Assembly: GCA_037917685.1 (NCBI GenBank) | Contig: JAVCBU010000003.1 | Coordinates: forward strand, 128,001 to 192,000 | Length of the DNA stretch: 64,000 bases | Direction of reading: 5' to 3' | Source: Thermoproteota archaeon | GTDB lineage: Archaea; Korarchaeota; Korarchaeia; Korarchaeales; JAOZGB01 | In this document: positions 17,830 to 28,279 of the stretch, in pieces | Numbering within the stretch: position 1 is the stretch's first letter | Layout of the letters: each line of letters opens with the position of its first letter | The notes under the pieces: model-generated | Databases searched by the model: none | Seen by the model: only the letters and a program-made list of their open reading frames with translations | What the model was told of the DNA's origin: nothing | Position numbers and translations under genes: made by a program

Positions 17830-18900
17830 GTGATTGGAGCATTGAAGGTCTTATGTACAGGTATAAGTGGTGATAATAGAAGGGAATACCTCATTCATAC
17901 AGTCGAATATGCTAGGGAGCATGGTGAAGACATAGAGATCCTTGACGTAGGTAAGCTCATGTTCAAAACAGCTGAAGACATAGGGATTCAGACAAGCGAG
18001 GAGAAAATCCTGGATCTAAGCCCTACAACCCTCAGGGCCCTCAGGGCAACAGTTTTCGAGAAAATACTAAGCATTACATCTAGAAACGGGAACTACATCA
18101 TAAACACCCATACATGTTTCAGATGGAAGAAGTATCTCACACCAGCATTCGATGTGTTCTATCTAAACCAGATAGACCCAGCCATCTATGTTACTATCGT
18201 GGATTTTATAGCGTCAACAAAAGCAAGACTTGACGCCAGCAGGCAGTGGAAGGGTAGGCTTAGCCTCAAAGAACTGTTGATATGGAGAGATGAGGAGATC
18301 TTCATAACCCAAACCCTAGCAGAATACCAGAGAAAGCCATTCTACATAATCGGCAGGGGGCAGCCGCCTGAAACCCTATATAAGCTTATGTTTAAGCCTG
18401 AAATGAAGAAGATATACCTAAGCTTTCCGATCACATATATGAGAGAGAACGAGGAGAAAATGAGGGAGGTTCAAGAATTCAGAGACCGATTGAGAGAAAA
18501 CTTCATAGTATTTGACCCTATGACTATTAAAGACCTAGATATAATGATAGACATGCAGAAAGCCATCAATGAGGAGAAGGACACTTTCACTGTTGACACT
18601 GATGCCGGACCTGCAGAGTTTACGGTTGAAGAAGTTAAGATGGTTGAGAAAGACCTGGCAGACCAGACTGTTGCAAGGGACTATAAACTGATAGACCAAA
18701 GCGACTATGTAGTAGTTTACTACCCTGTTAAGCTTCCATCTCCGGGCGTGTTAAACGAGATGAGCTACGGCTTTTCAAATAATAAAAAGGTATACGCGGT
18801 TTACCCCTTTGAGACGAGCCCCTTCTTCGAGTACTACTCCACTAGAATCTTTAGGTCGGCGGACGAGTTAATATCCTACCTGCTCGAAAACGAGTCCTAG
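17830..18900 (+). CDS. Archaeal adenylate-kinase-like domain fused to a nucleoside deoxyribosyltransferase-like domain
   Basis: TGISGDNR P-loop variant, INTH, WRDEE; C-terminal YLSFPIT, RDYKLIDQSD, SPGVLNEMSYG. Confidence 0.65.
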   Translation: MIGALKVLCTGISGDNRREYLIHTVEYAREHGEDIEILDVGKLMFKTAEDIGIQTSEEKILDLSPTTLRALRATVFEKILSITSRNGNYIINTHTCFRWKKYLTPAFDVFYLNQIDPAIYVTIVDFIASTKARLDASRQWKGRLSLKELLIWRDEEIFITQTLAEYQRKPFYIIGRGQPPETLYKLMFKPEMKKIYLSFPITYMRENEEKMREVQEFRDRLRENFIVFDPMTIKDLDIMIDMQKAINEEKDTFTVDTDAGPAEFTVEEVKMVEKDLADQTVARDYKLIDQSDYVVVYYPVKLPSPGVLNEMSYGFSNNKKVYAVYPFETSPFFEYYSTRIFRSADELISYLLENES

Positions 18901-20072
18901 GCAAGCTTCTCCTCGACGAAACCTCTTATTCTCTGAAGCCCCTCTTTTATATTCTCAATGGACGTTGCAAATGAAAGCCTCAGATAACCCTCTCCCTCCG
19001 CCCCGAAGGATGTGCCTGGGAGCAACGCCACAGCCGCCTCTTCCAATATCTTGCTTGCCAAGACCTTCGACGATAACCCCAGTTCCTTAACATTTGGGAA
19101 GGCGTAGAATGCGCCTCTAGGCTTTAGACACTTAAACCCTGGAATCCTGTTTAAGCCGTCGATTATAACATCTCTTCTCTTCTCATACTCCCTCGCCATA
19201 CTTCTAGCTGAATCCATCCCGTTGAGAATAGCCTCTATAGCCCCCTTCTGCGCGAATGATACAGGACAGGAGCAAGCGTTCAGCTGTATCCTTTTAATCT
19301 TATCTGCAACATTTGCTGGGGCTATTGCGTAGCCCAGCCTCCATCCTGTCATAGCATAACTCTTGCTAAACCCACTTATTATAACAGTTCTCTCCTTCAT
19401 CCCAGGGATACTTGCAATGCTGAAGTGCTTTTCACCGTCAAATATTATATCCTCATATATCTCGTCTGAAAAGACCACAAGGTCATACTTCTTGGCTATT
19501 TCCGCCAAGGCTTCTAGATCGCTCTTAGCGATAACACCTCCCGTTGGATTAGATGGCGAGTTCACTATTATAGCCTTTGTTCTATCTGAAATCCGGCCTT
19601 CAACATCTTCCGGCCTGAAGCTGAAGCCCTTCTCCTCGAGCAGGGGAACCTTAACAATACTGCCACCTGCCAGCTCAACGGCTGCCGCATAGGCGGGGTA
19701 GGCAGGGCTGGGCACTATAACCTCGTCTCCAGGGTTTATAAATGTGAGAACCGCGGAGAATATAGCCATTTTTCCCCCAACTGTAACTACAACTTCCTCA
19801 GGTTTTATATCGATGCCCCTCTTCTCACCAGCCTTCTTGGCTATCGCTTCTTTAAGCTCATAAATGCCGTCTGCAGGAGTGTAATGTGTAAATCCCTCCC
19901 TTAATGCTTTAATTGCTGCTTCCTTAATGTTTTCTGGAGTATCAAAGTCGGGTTCGCCTATCTCGAAGTGAATCACTCTTGTTCCGCTTCTCTCCATTGC
20001 TTTAGCCTTCTCAAGAACTATGAATGCGTCTTCAACACCCATACTTTTAACTCTATCCGCGAGCTCAGGCAT
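18897..20072 (-). CDS. Class I/II PLP aminotransferase (aspartate aminotransferase family)
   Basis: GEPDFDTP, NSPSNPTG, SDEIYE, SKSYAMTGWRLG. Confidence 0.95.
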   Translation of the reverse strand: MPELADRVKSMGVEDAFIVLEKAKAMERSGTRVIHFEIGEPDFDTPENIKEAAIKALREGFTHYTPADGIYELKEAIAKKAGEKRGIDIKPEEVVVTVGGKMAIFSAVLTFINPGDEVIVPSPAYPAYAAAVELAGGSIVKVPLLEEKGFSFRPEDVEGRISDRTKAIIVNSPSNPTGGVIAKSDLEALAEIAKKYDLVVFSDEIYEDIIFDGEKHFSIASIPGMKERTVIISGFSKSYAMTGWRLGYAIAPANVADKIKRIQLNACSCPVSFAQKGAIEAILNGMDSARSMAREYEKRRDVIIDGLNRIPGFKCLKPRGAFYAFPNVKELGLSSKVLASKILEEAAVALLPGTSFGAEGEGYLRLSFATSIENIKEGLQRIRGFVEEKLA

Positions 20073-20144
20073 AACTCATCAGGACTACCACGCCATGAAT
20101 AGTTTAAATATTTAACAGTTGTAGCCGGGTATAAAAATATACAC

Positions 20145-20426
20145 TTATCCTCCACCGACAGGGGGGAAAATAGCTATCACATCACCGTTACTCACAGGTG
20201 TTTCCAACCCCTTTGACAAAACTATGTTCCTACCATTAAGAAGCACTATATAAAACTTGTTCAGCTTCCCATCGTCTTCAAAGAGCATGCTTCTAAACTT
20301 TCCACCAACCATATCTGCTAGCTTGTCTAAAATCTCCCCAACAGTACGCCCTTCAACCACGGTTTCCTTGAATCCTGCCACCTCCCTAAGTATGGTGTAA
20401 AGCTTAACCTCAACCCTCGGCATCAA
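20145..20426 (-). CDS. MoaD/ThiS/SAMP ubiquitin-like sulfur carrier
   Basis: Beta-grasp-sized ORF ending IFPPVGGG. Confidence 0.9.
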   Translation of the reverse strand: MMPRVEVKLYTILREVAGFKETVVEGRTVGEILDKLADMVGGKFRSMLFEDDGKLNKFYIVLLNGRNIVLSKGLETPVSNGDVIAIFPPVGGG

Positions 20427-20471
20427 TATGTGTAGGGTTTTGGAAAAATAAAATTATACACCTAGCCGTCC

Positions 20472-21962
20472 TTACCGGGTTAGCAAGTCATAATAGAAGC
20501 GTAAAACCCTAGATAACGGTTCAGGCATCATATCCTCTATAATTTCAGCCTCGTCTTCCCCAATAATTCTGAACAAGATCGTTAATGTGTAATAGGATAT
20601 CCCTACTATTACAGCCGACACCGGAACCCTAAAGTACAAGTTTATACCCGAACTGTCAATCATGTAACCTAGCATTCCAGCTATAACGGCTGAAGTGAAA
20701 GATAACCCCATCGTGCTTAGAGAGTCTAAACTCAGAGGTTCCCTGGAAATGAGTAAAATAAGTAAAAACCAGACTACAGTCGATATCGGGTATGATATTG
20801 CAACGGTACGAGCCCCATAATCCTTCATTAGATAGGATGCTGAGAATGAGACTCCTAGCATCACTGGTGCAACACCTATAAGCTTTTTCTCCCCCTTATA
20901 TGCGAGGTACATGTTCAAGGGTAAAATAAACATTAGGGGGAAAGAAAGCCCCATTATGCTCAGAACCCATCTATCTGCGAACGTTGGAGACAACAGTTGA
21001 AGGAGTCCGCTCGACATACCAAGTAAGATAGAGAAAACACCACATGACAAAAAGGAGAAGAAGCCTAGGTATCTGTTAAAAATGTGGGCTTCACCGTTTT
21101 TAACCTTACCTGCTAGATGAGGAATTAATACGGTTCCAAATGATGAGAGAATTATGTAAAAAGCGAAGAAATACCTGTTTGAAGCTCTAAGGATTGCGTT
21201 GTCAATATTACTTCCCGTGGATGAAAAAACTGTAAGCGGGACCTCTATCGTCGAAGCCATAGAAACCTGCAGCATCGCCATAGGTAAGCCGTGGGCAATG
21301 AGCCTTACGTTATTTTTTAGATACTCATATGGCTTCAGCAACTTAAATCCGACTAGCCTCATAAAGTATACACCAAACACTATCGTAGCAGCTAAATTAC
21401 CAATAATCTGCGAGATTAAAGCTCCCATAACACCTTGGCCAGCTTTCAGTAGGACGCCTGTAAGCAGGCATATCAACCCGTTCATTACAAGTTTAAATAC
21501 CACGGTGAAGCTTTCCATCCTCAGGGCAACAGGAAGAGAATATATAAGCCCAGCAACCGGGGAAATAGACAATAGAAATCCGGAAACAATTATTAGACTG
21601 GTAAGATCTTCCCTACTAATATATGTGGCTATTTTCCCTGAAAAGAGGATAAATATAGATCCAGCAATACCAGAGTAGAATATTCTCGAAAATAAAGCGG
21701 ATGAAAAGAGAATTTTTCTCTTGTCAAGCTGGTTCTTGGACTCAGTATCAGGTATAAAACGAAACAAGGCCCAAGCCTCCCCAAGATTGAGAAGGCTCAT
21801 GGCGAGGAAAGAAAATGTTATGACACGACTATAAACACCGTAAAGTTCACCACCCAGCAATCTTGTAAGAAGCAAAGTGTTCAGGAATCCTAGGAAAGCA
21901 CCTGTAAGGTTACCTATTGATAATAGAAGCCCTCCACGTCCGACATTGGGGGTTTTGTGCAT
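20472..21962 (-). CDS. Wzx/RfbX-like oligosaccharide flippase (MOP superfamily)
   Basis: About 12-14 hydrophobic segments, LTRLLGGELYGVY. Confidence 0.8.
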   Translation of the reverse strand: MHKTPNVGRGGLLLSIGNLTGAFLGFLNTLLLTRLLGGELYGVYSRVITFSFLAMSLLNLGEAWALFRFIPDTESKNQLDKRKILFSSALFSRIFYSGIAGSIFILFSGKIATYISREDLTSLIIVSGFLLSISPVAGLIYSLPVALRMESFTVVFKLVMNGLICLLTGVLLKAGQGVMGALISQIIGNLAATIVFGVYFMRLVGFKLLKPYEYLKNNVRLIAHGLPMAMLQVSMASTIEVPLTVFSSTGSNIDNAILRASNRYFFAFYIILSSFGTVLIPHLAGKVKNGEAHIFNRYLGFFSFLSCGVFSILLGMSSGLLQLLSPTFADRWVLSIMGLSFPLMFILPLNMYLAYKGEKKLIGVAPVMLGVSFSASYLMKDYGARTVAISYPISTVVWFLLILLISREPLSLDSLSTMGLSFTSAVIAGMLGYMIDSSGINLYFRVPVSAVIVGISYYTLTILFRIIGEDEAEIIEDMMPEPLSRVLRFYYDLLTR

Positions 21963-22019
21963 GGTATGTGATACCGAAGAATATAATTTATAATATTACA
22001 TTTCTAGCTATACTCTGTC

Positions 22020-22637
22020 TTGCACATCCTACCGTTGCATTGTAAACTTGATGAAGTGGAGAAACACGTTAAACCAGCTGAAAAAGTGTTACATGTGGGG
22101 ATAGGAGATTCCACAGTCGAACTTTTATGGTCAATAAAGCAACACCGGGAATTAACACTTCTAGATAATGATGAAGTAAAACTGTCACATATAGCCGGTT
22201 TCATCAAGAAATACTTTCCAAACATAGAACTATTTTTAAATGTAAATCCAAGGAAGCCCCATACTACGTTAAGTAGATCTAATGAAATATTGTCGAGGCT
22301 AAGACGTAGCTTAAACTTGCCACAGCTTCCTAACGGTTATGTAACAAGAAAAATAACCATTCTACCCATGAACATTCTAAAAGTGGTAGACTGTAGCCTT
22401 CTCCCATGTGAAAGCTACGATTTTATCTTTGCATTTGGATTTACAGAGATACTCTATGGCAGGGAGGAGACGCTTTACATATTCATCCGAAACCTTCATA
22501 AGCTTTTGAAAAAAGGCGGTAAAGCAGTGCTTTCCGATATCATCCCTAAGGGTGTTGTTAAAGATATAATGGAGAGTTCACACATATTTAGACGGGTGGG
22601 AAAATACACGTTCATCCTCTACAAGCCTCTCAGCTGA
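22020..22637 (+). CDS. Putative class I SAM methyltransferase-like protein
   Basis: VLHVGIGD motif I, ESYDFI, KLLKKGG. Confidence 0.55.
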   Translation: MHILPLHCKLDEVEKHVKPAEKVLHVGIGDSTVELLWSIKQHRELTLLDNDEVKLSHIAGFIKKYFPNIELFLNVNPRKPHTTLSRSNEILSRLRRSLNLPQLPNGYVTRKITILPMNILKVVDCSLLPCESYDFIFAFGFTEILYGREETLYIFIRNLHKLLKKGGKAVLSDIIPKGVVKDIMESSHIFRRVGKYTFILYKPLS

Positions 22638-22660
22638 AATTTTCCAGCATTACTTTAAGT

Positions 22661-24166
22661 TTATATTGGGATACGAATCCCTGGTGGGTACTCGATCCTG
22701 AAACCATACCTTATCAGATTCACACCTTGTTTAGCTGTAAATCTCCATCTTAATATTCCAAGCCTTAACACTTCAGGTCTAATAGTTGAATGAGTTATCT
22801 TCACCTTGACCTTCGGATGTTTAATTACTGGGATTCTATCATAGATCTCTACATCTACCGATTTTTCCCCGAAGTTCTCAACTTTAAGCTCATACCCAAG
22901 TCTCATACTCATCTTATCTTTAACGATGCCCTTCGTCTCGTCTACTCTTTCAACCAGCTTCTTCACGCCTTTCAGAGTCGCCGCCTTCTCTATCGGAATC
23001 TTAACCCTTTCATTTGGTCTATAGAACTTCATTCTCCCCCATGCCATGTTTAGACCGTTAACTAAGACCCTATACTCTCCGGGAATAATCGATGTCCTTC
23101 TATTCGTAAACTCCAGAACCTTTAGAAAGTCTAAACTCGTAAATGCATCCCATACATACAAGATTTTACCATCAACCTTTTTCGTTTCAAGGAGAAACCT
23201 GCAGGGCCTACCATAGGGGAGGCTGACTCTTCCATGAACGCTGTAAGTCTGGTGAATCCCCTCCTCCACAAAAGCCTCCTCCATACCTTTTCCAACCTCA
23301 GCCTCCAGCCTTTGCTTGGGCGCCAATGCTAAGAGTTTAGGCGCCGTATGGACGGTTTTCTCCATGGTAGTGTCTACAATCCACGGTTGAGGTTCAACCC
23401 ATTCAAGAGCTCTAACTATTCTAGTGGTAAGCTTAAGATTAACATCTACCCAGTCAACCGCTGCTTTCTGGGATGCAACCCCATAAAACATTATTTTAAA
23501 GTCGTCATCGTTAGCTATGATGTCATATTGCGCCTTCCATCCCTCACCAGGGATATTGTAGAAGAATTCGAAGTTTACGTCTCCATCGGCCTTTGAGTTG
23601 ATCGTCAGCTCGACGTTTGAAACACTTACGAAACGTTCGAATCCAACAATGTTCCTTAAGGATTCCAGCTCAGCCTTAACCCTCTCAGCCTGGCCTTCAA
23701 GTTTTACAGCCTCTTCTAAGAGCCAATCTCTAGCTCTAAACATGTCACCGTAAACTTTGGCTGGGTCCTCGCCGGATACTATTTTTGAGATAAAATGGTA
23801 TGCGAACACATCTCCGGAGCCGTCTAAGGCTTCGATAAGCTTCTTTAATCCCTCAATTTTTCTTTCAATCACTCTTAACTCGTTTTTTAACCTTGAAAAC
23901 CTCGACACAGCGTCTTTCATCTCGCCAAGATCGAGATCGAGTTCCATGACATCAATACGTGTTTTAAACATTCTAACATCAAGAATTGAGATGTCAGCAT
24001 TGAAAAAAGCTGTGAACGAGTTTATGTCGATTCCGTCCTCGAGATTCTGAATTATAACCTTTCCCACGCCTCTCTCAACCTTGAAGCTGCCGACTCTGTG
24101 AAGAACATAGCAGTTAGGCTGTATTATCAGGGATTCAACATGGTGTTTTGGCCTATAAAATTTCAT
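22661..24166 (-). CDS. DUF4140/DUF4139 (MuiA-like) protein
   Basis: Coiled coil, WKAQYD, DWVDVNLKLTT, IYDRIP, ILRW, FRIEYP. Confidence 0.8.
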   Translation of the reverse strand: MKFYRPKHHVESLIIQPNCYVLHRVGSFKVERGVGKVIIQNLEDGIDINSFTAFFNADISILDVRMFKTRIDVMELDLDLGEMKDAVSRFSRLKNELRVIERKIEGLKKLIEALDGSGDVFAYHFISKIVSGEDPAKVYGDMFRARDWLLEEAVKLEGQAERVKAELESLRNIVGFERFVSVSNVELTINSKADGDVNFEFFYNIPGEGWKAQYDIIANDDDFKIMFYGVASQKAAVDWVDVNLKLTTRIVRALEWVEPQPWIVDTTMEKTVHTAPKLLALAPKQRLEAEVGKGMEEAFVEEGIHQTYSVHGRVSLPYGRPCRFLLETKKVDGKILYVWDAFTSLDFLKVLEFTNRRTSIIPGEYRVLVNGLNMAWGRMKFYRPNERVKIPIEKAATLKGVKKLVERVDETKGIVKDKMSMRLGYELKVENFGEKSVDVEIYDRIPVIKHPKVKVKITHSTIRPEVLRLGILRWRFTAKQGVNLIRYGFRIEYPPGIRIPI

Positions 24167-24227
24167 AATGTAAAGTTTGTAATGCTACTTTTTAAACAGT
24201 TACATACACGCGGGCAGTTATAATAGG

Positions 24228-24893
24228 TTATTTAAGAATTCTCCCCGTTTCAAGATACCATAGGTATAAGTCGAGTTCTGCAAGGCTTATGCCAAGCTTT
24301 CCAGCTATCAGCCTAAGGACTTCTTCTATCTCGAAATATTTTTTCCTCGTGATGGTTTTTGGCTTTTTTATTACTCTGTACCTATCAAGCAAGTCTGCTA
24401 TGTGGAAATCTATGATTGCAAGATCCTTGTAGCCGATGTTTCTTAGGAAGTGGCTTGCTTCCTTGTAGCCTATACCCTTAATGCTCTTAACAAGCCACTC
24501 TCTAGCCTCCAGGCTGGAGTTGAATGTTTTCAACCGTTCCTTAAGATTATTTGCGTATCTCCTCGCCTCAACAATATACTTAGCTCTTGTTCTCGGGTAT
24601 CTATGCCCCATTTCCCGTAGTCTTTGCTCAAGATCTTCAAAACTGAGTGTAAAAAATCCATTATTGATTGTCTCCTGTATAACTATCGACTTTTCAGCGT
24701 TGAAGTTAGCGGTTAAAATACAAAAGCAAAGCTCCTTAAAAATCTCCGGGTTTGAGGACTTCCCAGCCAATTCAAACTCTCTTATCCGTCTTTCTACAAC
24801 GGCCTTTATTTCGCCATTCATTAAACGTTTAACATCGTTAATAAGACCTGCAATCCCGCCTCCTTCCACAGGTTCTCCCAATCTATAATCCAT
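24228..24893 (-). CDS. ogg: 8-oxoguanine DNA glycosylase/AP lyase; start uncertain
   Basis: ELCFCILTAN, IKGIGYKEASHFLRNIG, IIDFH, ELDLYLWY..TG.ILK. Confidence 0.92.
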   Translation of the reverse strand: MDYRLGEPVEGGGIAGLINDVKRLMNGEIKAVVERRIREFELAGKSSNPEIFKELCFCILTANFNAEKSIVIQETINNGFFTLSFEDLEQRLREMGHRYPRTRAKYIVEARRYANNLKERLKTFNSSLEAREWLVKSIKGIGYKEASHFLRNIGYKDLAIIDFHIADLLDRYRVIKKPKTITRKKYFEIEEVLRLIAGKLGISLAELDLYLWYLETGRILK

Positions 24894-24906
24894 ATCGTTG
24901 CTGAAG

Positions 24907-26109
24907 TTATAGAGCCTCGATGAACTTTTCAATTGATGACCCAAGTTTATCTCCATCTATTTTACCCATTTTTCCCTTAAATTCAACTGTGCCTAATATC
25001 TTGAAGCCAGCGTTGCCTAGGACCTCTGCCATTTTTCTTGCAGCTATCCCTCCCCATCCATATGATGAGATTATGAGAACAGGCTTTTCTGCGGATGCCT
25101 TCCATCCTAAAAGATCGATAACATAGCCCATTCTAGGGAATACATGGTTCTCATATGTTGCGGCACCAACTATTATCCCACTCGAGTCCAGGGCCTCCCC
25201 GATAATATCAGATATCCTGGCCTGCTCCCTATCCGTAAACCTGAAGACTACGGGTTTTAAACCCCTTACCTTCAGCATTTCTATAGCCTTCTCTACGGCC
25301 TCTTCCACACTTCCATACATGCTACTATAAACTATGAGGATCTTACCGCTCTCCGGCTCGGCCTTCGCCCAGCTAATATACTTTTCCACGATGAGGGCTG
25401 GGTTCTTCCTCCAGATAAGCCCATGTAGCGGTGCTATAATGTCTATCTTAAGTCCAAGTTGGGAAGTTATCTTCTCAACGCTATCCGTGACCTTCTGCCT
25501 ATAATGGCCGATAACATTTGCGAAGTACTTCTTTGCGAACCACAAGTAGCCTTCAGGCATACTATCATCATAGATTCCATCTGGGATGGAGTAGGAGCCA
25601 AAAGCATCCCCTGAAAATAGAAGCTTCCAGTTTTCAATGTAAGTCATTATTGTCTCCGGCCAGTGAAGCCACGGTGTATAAACGAATTTAAGCTTTAAGC
25701 CATCCATGTCAAGAGTTTCCCCATCCTTTACAGCCCTAAAACGTGGATTAACACCGTAGAAAGACGATAGCATCCCCTTTACAAGAGGGTGTCCTACTAC
25801 CTCGGCTTTGTACCCATTCTCCTTAAGAATCTTCCCTAAACAGCCCGAGTGATCCGGTTCAGTGTGGTGGACAACAATGTAATCTATATTAGAAGGATCT
25901 ACTACCCCCCTTAATTTGCTGATAAATACATCTTCGCAGCCCCTCTTCCATGTGTCAAATAGTATGGTGTGGTTTTTATACCTCAGCAGGTATGAGTTAT
26001 ACGTAATCCCCTCTGGAATCTCCCATAGGGCTTCAAAGAACCTTGTTTCATCGTCGTCAAGCCTTAGCAGATATAATCCATCAATAACTTCTTCTACAAG
26101 GGTATTCAA
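24907..26109 (-). CDS. fprA: Flavodiiron protein (FprA family)
   Basis: GITYNSYL, HHTEPDHSG, LHWPET, FSGDAFG, PLHG, YSSMYG, SYGWGG. Confidence 0.95.
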   Translation of the reverse strand: MNTLVEEVIDGLYLLRLDDDETRFFEALWEIPEGITYNSYLLRYKNHTILFDTWKRGCEDVFISKLRGVVDPSNIDYIVVHHTEPDHSGCLGKILKENGYKAEVVGHPLVKGMLSSFYGVNPRFRAVKDGETLDMDGLKLKFVYTPWLHWPETIMTYIENWKLLFSGDAFGSYSIPDGIYDDSMPEGYLWFAKKYFANVIGHYRQKVTDSVEKITSQLGLKIDIIAPLHGLIWRKNPALIVEKYISWAKAEPESGKILIVYSSMYGSVEEAVEKAIEMLKVRGLKPVVFRFTDREQARISDIIGEALDSSGIIVGAATYENHVFPRMGYVIDLLGWKASAEKPVLIISSYGWGGIAARKMAEVLGNAGFKILGTVEFKGKMGKIDGDKLGSSIEKFIEAL

Positions 26110-26162
26110 CTATAGAACCCCGTTTACCCATCTAACAATATAATAAAATATTTTCTGGAGGC

Positions 26163-26323
26163 CTAAGACAACTTTTCGAACATGTCCTTTCCAACTCTGC
26201 AAACAGGGCAAACCCAGTCTTCAGGAAGGTTTTCGAAGGGTGTGCCAGGTGGCACGCCTGAGTCTGGGTCGCCGAGTTCAGGGTCATATACATAACCGCA
26301 CACTTTGCAACGATCTTATCCAT
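26163..26323 (-). pseudogene. Rubredoxin with a 1-nt deletion after codon 3 (or sequencing error)
   Basis: ATG GAT AAG AT CGT then [49 protein letters not shown]; 161 nt, one short of a full frame; absent from the ORF track. Confidence 0.9.
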
Positions 26324-26369
26324 GGTCATTCACACCGAACCTTAAGATCTACCCTGTTAGTTCATGGAT

Positions 26370-26549
26370 CTATGCTGGTGCGTAGTAGCAACGTTTAGGA
26401 GAAGTTATTTTCCCCCTCTTCTTAAGCTCTTTAATAATCTTTGAAACCTCATTTTTAGGAAGCCCGGTTAGATCAGCCACTTCTCCAGGTCTTAGGGGCT
26501 TGCCAGCCTTTTTCATCGCTTCTAATATGGCCTTTTCTTTATCCTCCAT
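26370..26549 (-). CDS. 59-aa winged-helix protein with SPKRCYY tail
   Basis: MEDKEKAILEAMKKAGKPLRPGEVADLTGLPKNEVSKIIKELKKRGKITSPKRCYYAPA; GGTG RBS; below the ORF-track cutoff. Confidence 0.85.
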   Translation of the reverse strand: MEDKEKAILEAMKKAGKPLRPGEVADLTGLPKNEVSKIIKELKKRGKITSPKRCYYAPA

Positions 26550-26606
26550 AAAGTAACACCTACACTAATATACTCCTGAAAGTTAAAAATGTAGGGAGTG
26601 ATTAGC

Positions 26607-27254
26607 TTATAGCTTCTTATAGCAGAACCACCAGTCGTAGCATTCGTACTTCTTGACCCTCTCCTCAGCGGTTTTCTCATCTTCAGCAGGCGGTATGATC
26701 ACCTTGTCTCCAATCAGCTCGTTTTCAGGCCAGTTAGCAGGCATAGCAACGCCGTTCTTGTCGGAGATCTGAAGGGCCTTCACCATCCTCAGGATCTCGT
26801 CCATGTTTCTTCCAAGTTCCTGAGGATAGTATAGTATCGCCCTGAGGATTCCTTCAGGGTCGATTATGAATACAGCTCTGACGGTGTTGGTTCCCTTCTT
26901 TGGATGAATCATTCCAAGCATGCAAGCTATGTTTCCAGTGTCGTCTGCGATTATTGGAAACTCTATTTTGACGTTAAGTTTCTCCTTTATCCACTGCACC
27001 CATTTTATGTGGCTGAACACCTGATCTATGCTTAGACCTATGAGCTCACAGTTTAGCTCCTTGAACTTGTCATACCTTTTCTGGAATGCTACGAACTCTG
27101 TTGTGCATACTGGTGTAAAGTCTGCTGGATGGCTGAATAGTACAACCCATTTGCCTTTATAATCGTCTGGGAATTTTACTACACCTTTCGTTGTTTTCGC
27201 CTCGAAGCTTGGGAATTTCTCACCTATAAGAGGGAGCTTGATCTCTTCGGTCAT
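26607..27254 (-). CDS. Peroxiredoxin (archaeal Prx6 type)
   Basis: [15 protein letters not shown]; C-terminal CYDWWFC. Confidence 0.95.
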   Translation of the reverse strand: MTEEIKLPLIGEKFPSFEAKTTKGVVKFPDDYKGKWVVLFSHPADFTPVCTTEFVAFQKRYDKFKELNCELIGLSIDQVFSHIKWVQWIKEKLNVKIEFPIIADDTGNIACMLGMIHPKKGTNTVRAVFIIDPEGILRAILYYPQELGRNMDEILRMVKALQISDKNGVAMPANWPENELIGDKVIIPPAEDEKTAEERVKKYECYDWWFCYKKL

Positions 27255-27320
27255 ATATTTACACCTCCACGTACATATTGGTTCGGAAATATTATAAATT
27301 TTTCATTATAATATTCATAT

Positions 27321-27743
27321 ATGGTTCGAATTTCGGACATTGATCTTGTAAGGGTGCTCATGGAAAACGCCAGACTGTCCTACGTTAAAATAGCAGATAT
27401 TTTCGGGGTCTCAGAGGCTGCGATTAGGAAGCGTGTTAAGAAGCTTGAAGAAACGGGCGTCATAAAGAAATACACTGTTGAAGTAGACCCTAGGAAGCTT
27501 GGCTATGAGGTTAAAGCATTAATAGGAATAGACACAACCCCCGAGAGGTTTATCCACCTGGTTAACGAGCTTAAAACCATGGATAACGTTATAAGCTTGT
27601 ACACCGCTTCAGGCGACCACATGATAATCATTGAGTGCTGGTTTAAAAACCCAGAAGAACTATCCGTATTTATAAAGCTCCTTGAAGAGAGGGAAGGTGT
27701 CACCAGGGTTTGCCCGGCGATAATACTTGAGAAAATTAAGTAG
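27321..27743 (+). CDS. Lrp/AsnC transcription regulator (LrpA-like)
   Basis: ENARLSY..IA, SEAAIRKRVKKLE, SGDHM, VCPAIILEK. Confidence 0.9.
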   Translation: MVRISDIDLVRVLMENARLSYVKIADIFGVSEAAIRKRVKKLEETGVIKKYTVEVDPRKLGYEVKALIGIDTTPERFIHLVNELKTMDNVISLYTASGDHMIIIECWFKNPEELSVFIKLLEEREGVTRVCPAIILEKIK

Positions 27744-27998
27744 GAAGTATGCCAAGGATGAGAAGTGCAGATATCGAATGTAATACACTTTTGAAGTTTG
27801 TACAGTGGACTTTGTGCTAGGTTTATAGGTTTCAGTTCAGATTCTAAAATACCATGCCCAAGGGGGAGCACAGGCTTACGACTTTATCGTGATATTTAAA
27901 GGAAGATTGGCAGGTAAGACCGGTCCTATCTTACCCAAACACTGATGGACAAAGTTAAAGGTAAATAAAATAATCATTCTAGGAATCGGTGGTGTGGT

Positions 27999-28271
27999 AT
28001 GAGTAGCTCGGGAGTAAAGGTTCTGATTAACATGTGTGTAGACCCAAAGGAGCTTGATGAAATAATAGCCCGTCTAAAGGAACATAGATGGGTAAAAGAC
28101 TTGTACGAGGTTACAGGTGACTACGACATAGTAGCCCTAGTGGAGGCAGATGACATTGTAGAATTTAGGAACCTCTTAAAAAGGGAGATACTATCGATCA
28201 AAGGCGTTAAATTGACAAATAGTGTTGTAATTCTGTATACTCATAAGAGGGAAGGGGAACAGGTGGAGTAG
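27999..28271 (+). CDS. Stand-alone Lrp/AsnC ligand-binding (RAM) domain protein
   Basis: LYEVTGDYDIVA, SIKGVKLTNS; no HTH. Confidence 0.85.
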   Translation: MSSSGVKVLINMCVDPKELDEIIARLKEHRWVKDLYEVTGDYDIVALVEADDIVEFRNLLKREILSIKGVKLTNSVVILYTHKREGEQVE

Positions 28272-28279
28272 AGCTTAAA

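Noticed and set aside
26132-26329. 65-aa ORF from the track
   Set aside because: Wrong-frame read-through of the frameshifted rubredoxin
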